Of a DNA stretch of 64,000 nucleotides, positions 33,854 through 41,275 are shown one piece after another (the stretch's first letter is position 1; every line of letters starts with the position of its first letter). The notes beneath the pieces are model-generated. The model was not told where the DNA came from. It saw only the letters and a list, made by a program, of their open reading frames with translations, and searched no databases. The translations under genes and the position numbers were made by a program. The DNA is taken from the NCBI GenBank assembly GCA_030680175.1, contig JAUXWO010000064.1, forward strand, positions 71,949 to 135,948, written 5' to 3'. The stretch comes from Vicinamibacterales bacterium (GTDB taxonomy: Bacteria > Acidobacteriota > Vicinamibacteria > Vicinamibacterales > UBA2999).

Positions 33854-35335
33854 TCAGCGCGGCGGCACGTGCGTGTGATGGCTCGACGGCTTCACGTCGC
33901 CCACCAGCACCGTGCCCATCAGGCCGCCGTCCGCGTGGTCGAGGATGTGGCAGTGGATCATCCACTCGCCCGGCCGTTCATCGAACGTCACGAGCAGGCG
34001 GATCGTCTCGTTCATCGGAACGTTCAGCGTGTCCTTCCACTCCATGGGGCTGATTGGCACGCCCGCCTCGTCGACCGGCATGAAGAAATACCCGTGCAGG
34101 TGGAACGGGTGGTCCCACGGCGTCTGGTTGTCGAGCGTCCAGAACTGCGTCTCGCCAATCCGCGCCTTGAAGGGCTCCGCCTTCCAGAACGGCACGCCGT
34201 TGATCCGGAACTCCGACTCGCCCTTTCCGTCCACCGGCGGCAGCGTGAACTGCATGGTCACCGGGGTGGCGCCCTCCACCGCGGGCGGCACGATCGCCCG
34301 GCGCATCTCCGGGAGCACCGGCGCGGGGAGCGGGGCCTCGTCGGTGAACTGGATGGTGAACAGATCCTCGACGCTCCGGTATTCGATGCTGCCGTACCCG
34401 CGGTTGTAGAGCAGGGACCGCAGCGTGATCTCACCGCCGGGCTCGCCCATGGGCATGACGATCAGGTCGACGCGCTCCCCCGCCGTCACGAGCACCACGT
34501 CCTTCCGCTCGCTGTATTCCTGGATGCCGCCATCCCCGCCGATCTTGATGAACGTCTGCCCTTCGAGATCGAGGAAGAAGAACCGGCTCTTCGCGGTGTT
34601 GACGATGCGCCAGCGCTGCGGGACGCCGGCGCGGGCGCGCAGTTCAGGCCGCACACGGCCGTTGACGAGCACGTGATTGCCTTCGCGGCCGAACACCATC
34701 CCCGCGGACCCGCCCGAATCGGCCGGCTCGAGCAGGCCGCGCGGGCCGATGCCGATGTCGCTCAGCACGATCGTCAACGCGTCGGCCACGCCCACGTCCT
34801 CATCGGGTTCCTCGACGAGCAGCGGGCCGTACAGCCCGTAGCCCACCTGCGCCGCCGACATCACATGCGGGTGGTACCAGAAGAGGCCGCTGTCGGGCAC
34901 GACGAAGTCGTACACGAACGTCTCGCCCGTCTTCACGGGCGGCTGCGAGATGCCCGGCACGCCGTCCATCTCGATCGGCACACGGATCCCATGCCAATGG
35001 ATCGTCGTCTCCTGCTCGAGCTCGTTCCGGAAGTGAACGATCAGCCGATCGCCGACCCGTGCGCGGATCAGCGGGCCGGGGAGGCCGCCGTTGTAGGTCC
35101 ACGCCGTGACGCGCGTCCCCGGGGCCACCTCGACCTCGGCCAGCTTCGCCACGATCTCGATCTCGACAATGCCGGGGTCGGGGTTGCGGTCGGGCGCCTC
35201 GGCGAGCTTGATGTCCGCATCCCACCCGGCGGGCAGGAGCGAAGGACGCTCGGCAACGGCAGGGACCGCACTGACGGCAGCCAGGCCGGCCGCCAGAGCC
35301 AGCAATCGGACGGAGGACCAACGGACGGGGATCAT
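33854..35335 (-). CDS. Multicopper oxidase (CopA/CueO-like)
   Basis: 493 aa; signal peptide; copper-site motifs HWHGIRVP, WYHPH and HCHILDHADGGLMG. Confidence 0.9.
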   Translation of the reverse strand: MIPVRWSSVRLLALAAGLAAVSAVPAVAERPSLLPAGWDADIKLAEAPDRNPDPGIVEIEIVAKLAEVEVAPGTRVTAWTYNGGLPGPLIRARVGDRLIVHFRNELEQETTIHWHGIRVPIEMDGVPGISQPPVKTGETFVYDFVVPDSGLFWYHPHVMSAAQVGYGLYGPLLVEEPDEDVGVADALTIVLSDIGIGPRGLLEPADSGGSAGMVFGREGNHVLVNGRVRPELRARAGVPQRWRIVNTAKSRFFFLDLEGQTFIKIGGDGGIQEYSERKDVVLVTAGERVDLIVMPMGEPGGEITLRSLLYNRGYGSIEYRSVEDLFTIQFTDEAPLPAPVLPEMRRAIVPPAVEGATPVTMQFTLPPVDGKGESEFRINGVPFWKAEPFKARIGETQFWTLDNQTPWDHPFHLHGYFFMPVDEAGVPISPMEWKDTLNVPMNETIRLLVTFDERPGEWMIHCHILDHADGGLMGTVLVGDVKPSSHHTHVPPR

Positions 35336-35367
35336 GGCAGTACTCTAGCACCACCCCGCGGAACGGG

Positions 35368-35387
35368 CGTATGACGAGCGTCATACG
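35368..35387. promoter_or_regulatory. Perfect palindrome upstream of the oxidase gene (operator candidate)
   Basis: CGTATGACG-ag-CGTCATACG, 33-52 nt upstream of ATG 35335. TGcTAGAGT (extended -10-like) ends 5 nt before the ATG, so the palindrome covers the -35 region. Confidence 0.35.
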
Positions 35388-35408
35388 ACGCCTTGGGGCG
35401 TGACGGGA

Positions 35409-36110
35409 TCAGGCGACGATTTCCATCCGCAGGCCGCGCGCATCGCGCTGTTCGGTGGCCAGCGGCAGGGCAAGCGCGCGGCCTTCGGCCACGCGCCAGG
35501 CCGCATACGCACATGCCGCCGCATCCAGGATGTCGTCGATGCCCGCCTGCGACGGGCCCAGCCGGATCCGGGCGGCGTGCGGGTCGAGGCGCAGCCCGGC
35601 CGCTTCGAGCAGGGCCTGCCGCTCGCGCTGCCCCTCAGGGGTCTTCTTCCGATGGACCAGCGCGCGGTGTGCGAGCAGGCGGAAGATCAGCTCGGGATGC
35701 CCCTCGCGGACGCGCTGCTGCAGCGGCGGCGCGAGGATCCCGTCCACGTGCGCGATGCGCGTGAGCAGATGGAACGACTGCCGGGACAGCCGCCGCCCCG
35801 ACGCGCGATGGTTCAGGCGGCACGCCCTGTCGTAGTCGTCCACACCGCGCAGCGCACTGCGGCAGGGCGCCGGAAACACGCTGGCCGCCAGCTGACGGCC
35901 GATCAGCGAACGGGCTTCGAGATCGCAGAGCCGCGGACCCGCGTCCGGGAGGCCGATCGGCACATCGATCACCACCGTCGCGCGACCAAGCCGCGCCACC
36001 CGCAGCACATCATCGAGGCACTCGACGAGCGCAAACCGTGTGTCCACACCCGGTGCGTCCACAACCGCCACCACCCATCCGCCGCGACTGCCGTCCACGC
36101 CGATGTACAC
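35409..36110 (-). CDS. DUF429-domain protein (RNase H-like fold)
   Basis: 233 aa, GTG start; MYIGVDGSRGGWVVAVVD…VVIDVPIGLPD…DDILDAAACAYAAW is typical of DUF429. Confidence 0.7.
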   Translation of the reverse strand: MYIGVDGSRGGWVVAVVDAPGVDTRFALVECLDDVLRVARLGRATVVIDVPIGLPDAGPRLCDLEARSLIGRQLAASVFPAPCRSALRGVDDYDRACRLNHRASGRRLSRQSFHLLTRIAHVDGILAPPLQQRVREGHPELIFRLLAHRALVHRKKTPEGQRERQALLEAAGLRLDPHAARIRLGPSQAGIDDILDAAACAYAAWRVAEGRALALPLATEQRDARGLRMEIVA

Positions 36111-36163
36111 GGGGCCCTCGCTTCCGCCCGGCCGGGGCTCAGAAGCGAGACGCTATCACAGAC

Positions 36164-36227
36164 GGGGTGCCGGGGTGCCGAAGTGCCGAAGTGCCGGGGT
36201 GCTGCAGTGCCGGGGTGCCGGGGTGCC
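36164..36227 (+). repeat. Tandem 8-bp array (RRRGTGCC) x8
   Basis: ggggtgcc ggggtgcc gaagtgcc gaagtgcc ggggtgct gcagtgcc ggggtgcc ggggtgcc, in the spacer between two minus-strand genes. Confidence 0.9.
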
Positions 36228-36232
36228 GCAGG

Positions 36233-37000
36233 CTAGAAGAGCTGGCGGCCTTCCTCGCGGAGCCAGCGCCGGGCCGGCTGGTAGTCGGGGCAGACCGCCG
36301 CGACCAGGCGCCAGAAGCGCGACGAGTGGTTCAGCTCGCGCAGGTGCATCAGCTCGTGCAGCAGCACATAATCACGCACGAACGGGGGCACCTGGAGGAG
36401 CCGCCAGTTGAGCGTGATGCTGGCGCGCCGCGAGCAGGCGCCCCAGCGCGACTGCTGGTCGCGGATGGAGATGCGCGCGACCGTCAGCCCATGGACCTCG
36501 GCCAGCGCGAGCAGGGCCGGCGGCAACTCGCGGCGCGCCCGTATCCGCAGCCACCGCGTGACGTGGGGCGCCAGGTCCGCCCGATCGAACACGCCCCGCA
36601 CGGGCACCCGCGTCTCGCCGCACCACAGGCGGGGCCCGTCCTCATGCGCCTCGATCCGCAGCACCTGCGGCACGCCATCCAGCAGCACCGTGGTGCCCTC
36701 GCGCCACCGTCGATCCACGGCGGCCGCCGCCTCGCGCGCGGCGCGCTGTCGCGACACCCACTCGTGACTCTCCTCGACGAAGCGGCGCGCGTCGCGCTGG
36801 CTCCCCCATCGCGGCACCGTCACGCGCAAGGTGCCATCGGGCAATACGCGCAGGATGTAACGGCGCGCACGGCGATGGCGGACGAAGACAAGGGCAGGTG
36901 GCGCCGGCGGCGTGGAAGACGTGGGCGCGGGCGCCGGAGGCGCGGCGGTCTGAGGCGCAACAGCCGCAGGCGCGTCATGAAAGGGCAACCCCGGCTGCAT
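36233..37000 (-). CDS. YgjP/SprT-like (DUF45, M48-type) metal-dependent hydrolase
   Basis: C-terminal YVLLHELMHLRELNHSSRFWRLV contains HExxH in the DUF45 context. Confidence 0.8.
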   Translation of the reverse strand: MQPGLPFHDAPAAVAPQTAAPPAPAPTSSTPPAPPALVFVRHRRARRYILRVLPDGTLRVTVPRWGSQRDARRFVEESHEWVSRQRAAREAAAAVDRRWREGTTVLLDGVPQVLRIEAHEDGPRLWCGETRVPVRGVFDRADLAPHVTRWLRIRARRELPPALLALAEVHGLTVARISIRDQQSRWGACSRRASITLNWRLLQVPPFVRDYVLLHELMHLRELNHSSRFWRLVAAVCPDYQPARRWLREEGRQLF

Positions 37001-37019
37001 CGTCGGTAGGATACTACCT

Positions 37020-37110
37020 GGGTGGTGGGTAGTGGGTCGTGGGTCGTGGGTCGTGGGTCGTGGGTCGTGGGTCGTGGGTGGTGGGTCGTGGGTGGTGGGT
37101 GGTGGGTCGC
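37020..37110 (+). repeat. Tandem 7-bp array (GGGTNGT) x13, G-quadruplex-capable
   Basis: gggtggt gggtagt (gggtcgt)x6 gggtggt gggtcgt gggtggt gggtggt gggtcgc; followed by two copies of gctgaYagccga; lies in the divergent spacer between the YgjP-like gene and guaB. Confidence 0.92.
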
Positions 37111-37161
37111 CGAGAGCTGACAGCCGATCGCTGATAGCCGACCGCCTTGTTTCAGAGCGAG

Positions 37162-38661
37162 ATGCCAGTGTCCAAGCTTCTTGACGCCGTCCAGGGTTGT
37201 ACCTTCGACGACTTCCTCTTCCGGCCCCAGGAGAGCATCGTCGAGCGCCGTGACCCGGCGGTCATCGACCTGACGAGCCGCTTCTCGACACGGCTCACGC
37301 TGCGGCGGCCAATCGTGTCAGCCAACATGGACACCGTGACGCGGGCGCCGATGGCGATTGTGCAGGCGGAGGAGGGCGGACTCGGCATCATCGACCGCGG
37401 CTTCCGCGCGGGCGACATCGAGCCCCAGGTCCGCGAGGTCGAGAAGGTCAAGCGCACGCAGCACGGCGTCGTCAGGACGCCCTATGCCGTCACGCCGGAG
37501 ACGCGGCTCGACGAAGCGGTGGCATTGATGCAGCGGTCGCGCGTCGGCACGCTCGTCGTGATTGACGATGCGGGACGGCTGCAGGGGCTGCTGACCGACC
37601 GCGACGTGCGGTTCGTGACCGCCCTCGACGCCCCCGTCCGCAGCCGGATGACGCCGGTCGCGTCGCTGGTCGTCGGCGCCGGTGAGATCCCGCTCGCCGA
37701 GGCGGAGCGGCTGATGGTCGCGCGGAAGGTGAAGAAGCTGCCGCTCGTGGATCGGGACGGCGCGCTGCTCGGGCTCGTCACCGCGCGCGACCTGGAGAAA
37801 CACAAACAGCAGCCGTTCGCCACACGCGATGCCCACGGACGCCTGTCGGTGGGCGCCGCCATCGGCGCGACCGGCGACTACCTGGAACGCGCCACGGCCC
37901 TCGTGGCGGCCGGTGTGGACGTCCTGGTGATCGACATCGCCCACGGCCACTCGGCCGTGATGGCCCGCGCGCTCGAGGCCGTGCGCGCCCGCGTCGGTGA
38001 CATCGACCTCGTCGCGGGCAACGTCGCCACGGGCGACGGCGTCCGCTTTCTCGTCGAGCGGGGCGCCAACGCCGTGAAGGTGGGGATCGGCCCCGGCGGC
38101 GGCTGCACGACGCGCCTCACGACCAGCTTCGGCGTGCCGCAGCTCCAGGCGCTTGTCGAGTGCCGGCTCGCCGCCGGGCTCGAGGACGGCGTCCCGCTCA
38201 TCGCCGACGGCGGCGTGAAACGCCACGGCGCGATCTTCGAGGCCCTGATGTTCGGCGGCGACACCGTGATGCTCGGCAGCGCCTTCGCCGGTACCGAGGA
38301 AACCCCCGGCGACATCGTCCAGAAGGCGGTGCTGCTGCCCGAAGGCCAGCGCACGGTGCAGGTCCCCTTCAAGGTGCTGCGAGGCATGGCCTCACTCGAA
38401 GCCATCCGCGACCGGCTCGACGTCGAAGACGACGCGACGGTCGACCTCGAGGCGCTCGGAGCGGAAGGCACCGAGGTGAGCGTGCCGGCGCGCGGGTCGG
38501 TCCGGCCCCTCATCCACGACATGTTGAAGCACCTGTGCTCGTCGATCAGCTACGGCGGCGGGGCCAGCCTGGCCGACGTGCGCGCGCGCTTCTGGCAGGA
38601 CCCGTTCCGGTACCTGGTGCGGCTGTCCGCGGCCGGAGGGCGCGAGTCTTACGAGCGGTGA
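37162..38661 (+). CDS. guaB: IMP dehydrogenase
   Basis: Tandem CBS region plus catalytic loop VKVGIGPGGGCTTRLTTSFGVPQ; ATG 37162 preferred over TTG 37147. Confidence 0.9.
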   Translation: MPVSKLLDAVQGCTFDDFLFRPQESIVERRDPAVIDLTSRFSTRLTLRRPIVSANMDTVTRAPMAIVQAEEGGLGIIDRGFRAGDIEPQVREVEKVKRTQHGVVRTPYAVTPETRLDEAVALMQRSRVGTLVVIDDAGRLQGLLTDRDVRFVTALDAPVRSRMTPVASLVVGAGEIPLAEAERLMVARKVKKLPLVDRDGALLGLVTARDLEKHKQQPFATRDAHGRLSVGAAIGATGDYLERATALVAAGVDVLVIDIAHGHSAVMARALEAVRARVGDIDLVAGNVATGDGVRFLVERGANAVKVGIGPGGGCTTRLTTSFGVPQLQALVECRLAAGLEDGVPLIADGGVKRHGAIFEALMFGGDTVMLGSAFAGTEETPGDIVQKAVLLPEGQRTVQVPFKVLRGMASLEAIRDRLDVEDDATVDLEALGAEGTEVSVPARGSVRPLIHDMLKHLCSSISYGGGASLADVRARFWQDPFRYLVRLSAAGGRESYER

Positions 38662-38689
38662 ATCGGGGATCAGGGATCGGGGATCAGGG
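38662..38689 (+). repeat. Tandem 7-bp array (ATCRGGG) x4
   Basis: atcgggg atcaggg atcgggg atcaggg, directly after the guaB stop, between convergent genes. Confidence 0.85.
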
Positions 38690-38704
38690 CAGCACCACTG
38701 CCGG

Positions 38705-39322
38705 TCACCGGATCCAAGTCCAGCCGACGTAGGCCTGGTGGCTGTTGATGCCGGGGTTGCGCTCGATGCGGTTGCCGTTCGAGATGTGGTGAAACCGGTA
38801 CGCGAGGACGAGGCCGTGACGACGGTCCGGGAGCCAGCGGATGCCGGCGCCCAGATGCGCGGTGAAGTTGCTGCCGATCGTGCGCTCGGGCACGGGCTCG
38901 GTCGTCCAGAGGCCGCCACCGCCCAGTTCGACGAACGGCAGCACCGTGCCGCGCGCATCGAAGTTCCAGCGCCAGACGATCGGCGTGACGCCGACGCCGT
39001 ACACCTTCCTCGGTTCGTACTGGCCGAACACCGGCATCACCTCGATCGCCCACTGCAGGCGGCCACGGAGGAGGCCCGGTCCGCGCGGCGCGGTAAGCAC
39101 GCGGCCCCACGACAGCGTCTGGAAGGCGAAGTCGTGGCCCGTGCTCGAGTGGAAGACCTCGACGCCCCAGGCCGCACCGCCCCCCACCGTGATCTCACTC
39201 GCGCCCGCGCGCAGCGGACTGGCCGGGGCGGCTGGCGCCGGGTCAGTCGGCGCCGGGGCCGGCTGGGCGAGTGCCGTCGCCGGCAGGCCGGACAGCAGCA
39301 GGAGGAGCAGGAGTCCCCACAT
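38705..39322 (-). CDS. PagL-like lipid A deacylase / acyloxyacyl hydrolase outer-membrane barrel
   Basis: Trimmed to ATG 39322 (signal peptide MWGLLLLLLLSGLPATALA); C-terminal LAYRFHHISNGNRIERNPGINSHQAYVGWTW carries the HxSNG motif. Confidence 0.65.
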   Translation of the reverse strand: MWGLLLLLLLSGLPATALAQPAPAPTDPAPAAPASPLRAGASEITVGGGAAWGVEVFHSSTGHDFAFQTLSWGRVLTAPRGPGLLRGRLQWAIEVMPVFGQYEPRKVYGVGVTPIVWRWNFDARGTVLPFVELGGGGLWTTEPVPERTIGSNFTAHLGAGIRWLPDRRHGLVLAYRFHHISNGNRIERNPGINSHQAYVGWTWIR

Positions 39323-39410
39323 GTGATTGATGCTAGCCCTGTGCAAGGCGGCCGGCAATACCACGATCGGCCAAGTGGCGTCCCCCCGCGGGGCCTGCTA
39401 CCATCGTGGG

Positions 39411-39770
39411 ATGTCAATGCGCGAACTGGACTCATTGGACGCGCTCGACGCGGCCCTCGCGGCGTCGGCCTCGCGGCCGGTCGTGCTGTTCAAGCACAGC
39501 CGCACATGCGGCACGAGCGCGCAGGCGTACGACGAGGTTACGACGCTTCTTGACGATGACGGCCTGGGGGCTGACGTGTACGTCGTGCCGGTGCAGACCA
39601 GCCGCGGCGTCTCGAACGCGATCGCGTCCCGCTTCCAGGTTCGCCACGAATCCCCGCAGGTGTTCGTCGTCCACGACGGGCACGTTGCGTGGCATGCCTC
39701 GCACTTCCGCGTGACCGCCGAGGCCATCGCCCGCGCCGTGGGCTCGGTCGCGCAGCCCGCCCGGAGTTAG
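39411..39770 (+). CDS. YtxJ-like thioredoxin-fold protein (DUF2847, TCxxS motif)
   Basis: Trimmed to ATG 39411; VVLFKHSRTCGTS…ESPQVFVVHDGHVAWHASH. Confidence 0.7.
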   Translation: MSMRELDSLDALDAALAASASRPVVLFKHSRTCGTSAQAYDEVTTLLDDDGLGADVYVVPVQTSRGVSNAIASRFQVRHESPQVFVVHDGHVAWHASHFRVTAEAIARAVGSVAQPARS

Positions 39771-40603
39771 TCGCGCCGCGCGACGACCGACGCCATCAGC
39801 TTGCCGTCCACCTCGCCTTCGCGCTGCGCGAGCACCGTCAGCGGCGCCACGCGCGTGACGAGTTCACCCGGGTCGAGGAGGAACGCGGGGTTCTTCGGAT
39901 GCCCCCGCTCGGCCTGTCCCGCGAGGAACGTCTCGTAGAACAGCACACCGCCCGGCGCGAGCGCGCGCACGATCGCCGGGAACAGCGGCCGGTGCAGGTA
40001 GTGGAAGACGAGGACGAGGTCGAACCGGGCCTCTCCCAGATCGACCTCGTCGCCGGTTTCGAGATCCCGGACCTCCGTGACGAGCGGCGCGCCGACGCGC
40101 GCCGCCGCCTCCGCCAGCGCCGCAAGCGCGTCGGCGTCGCGATCGACGGCGGTGACCGCGAAGCCCGACGCCGCCAGCAGGAGCGCATGCCGGCCGCGGC
40201 CGGCCGCCAGGTCCAGCGCGCGCGCCTTCGCCGGGATCAGGTTCGCGTGCTCGAGCAGCCACGGCGAGGGGCCGCGCACCACGCCGGGGCCGAACACGCG
40301 CGGCCCGGTCCACGCCGCCATGCCGCCGGCCATGTTGAGGAGCGGCGTCACCCCGGCCATGGCGAGCCACTGGCAGGCCGCCACGCTGCGCACGCCGTGC
40401 TCGCAGCAGACGAGCACGGGCCGGTCGTCGCGCGGCAGGATGGGCGGCGCCGCCGCGATCAGATCGACCGGAATGAGCCACGCGCCCGGGATGTGGCCGA
40501 GGCGCCGGTACTCGTCGGGCGTCCGCACGTCGATGACGTGCGCCGTGCCGGACTCGACAAAGGCCTGCGCCTCGGCGGGTGCGATCGAGCGGAACGCGCT
40601 CAC
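39767..40603 (-). CDS. Rhodanese domain fused to SAM-dependent methyltransferase
   Basis: Trimmed to GTG 40603 (GTGA overlap with the VOC stop); rhodanese VIDVRTPDEYRRLGHIPGAW…VLVCCEHGVRS, then ALDLAAGRGRHALLLAASGFAVTAVD methyltransferase motif I. Confidence 0.75.
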   Translation of the reverse strand: MSAFRSIAPAEAQAFVESGTAHVIDVRTPDEYRRLGHIPGAWLIPVDLIAAAPPILPRDDRPVLVCCEHGVRSVAACQWLAMAGVTPLLNMAGGMAAWTGPRVFGPGVVRGPSPWLLEHANLIPAKARALDLAAGRGRHALLLAASGFAVTAVDRDADALAALAEAAARVGAPLVTEVRDLETGDEVDLGEARFDLVLVFHYLHRPLFPAIVRALAPGGVLFYETFLAGQAERGHPKNPAFLLDPGELVTRVAPLTVLAQREGEVDGKLMASVVARRD

Positions 40604-40995
40604 GCGTCGACCTTCTCGGCGAACGTGATGATGTGGCCGTCGGGGTCCTCGATGGCGAACTCGCGCATGCCGTAGAACTGCGTCTTGATCGGCATGATCA
40701 CCGTCACCTGCGGCGCGATCAGGGCGTGGTAGGCGTCGACGCCGGTTACCGCGAAGAAGAGCGTCGCCGTACCGCCGGGCGGACGCTGTCCCGCGCCCGG
40801 CAGGTCGTGGTCCACCGTGGCCGCATCGTTCAGGAACACGGGCACGCCGTCGCGCTCCAGCCAGACGAAGACGAACGGCGGCGCGTCGGGCACGGTCGTC
40901 GTGACCGTGAAGCCGAGCACGTCGCGATAGAAGCGCAGGCTGGCGTCGATGTCGCGCACGATGAGATTCGGGGTGATCGCGTGAAATGTCGTCAT
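40600..40995 (-). CDS. VOC/glyoxalase-family protein
   Basis: Trimmed to ATG 40995 (GGAG SD); ITPNLIVRDIDASLRFYRDVLGF…REFAIEDPDGHIITF. Confidence 0.8.
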   Translation of the reverse strand: MTTFHAITPNLIVRDIDASLRFYRDVLGFTVTTTVPDAPPFVFVWLERDGVPVFLNDAATVDHDLPGAGQRPPGGTATLFFAVTGVDAYHALIAPQVTVIMPIKTQFYGMREFAIEDPDGHIITFAEKVDA

Positions 40996-41275
40996 GGTTC
41001 GGCTCCTTCGGCACGGGAGCACGGGCGACCAGGCTGAAGGCGCCTGGGCACACGCTTCCCGCGTATGCTCGCTGACGCCTCCATCTGCCGCCCCACGAGT
41101 CTCGGAGGGCCACCAACGGAGTGTCGTTGGCGACCTGCGACCGGGCCGCCCGTCGGGCGGCCCGCAGAACTGCGGCTGAGCAGGGGCGCGAAGATTACCT
41201 CCTCAGTCGATACACGCCACGAGAGGGGCCTTTGAACGGCCCCCCGCGAGGAACCCGGGAAGTCTAGTGCATCGG

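Noticed and set aside
41143-41243. Hairpins GGGCCGCCC-gtc-GGGCGGCCC (41143-41163) and GGGGCC-tttgaac-GGCCCC (41225-41243), downstream of the ADOP permease, as annotated terminators
   Set aside because: The stems are real, but neither is followed by a convincing U tract on the minus strand. They are left unannotated as plausible but unproven terminators.
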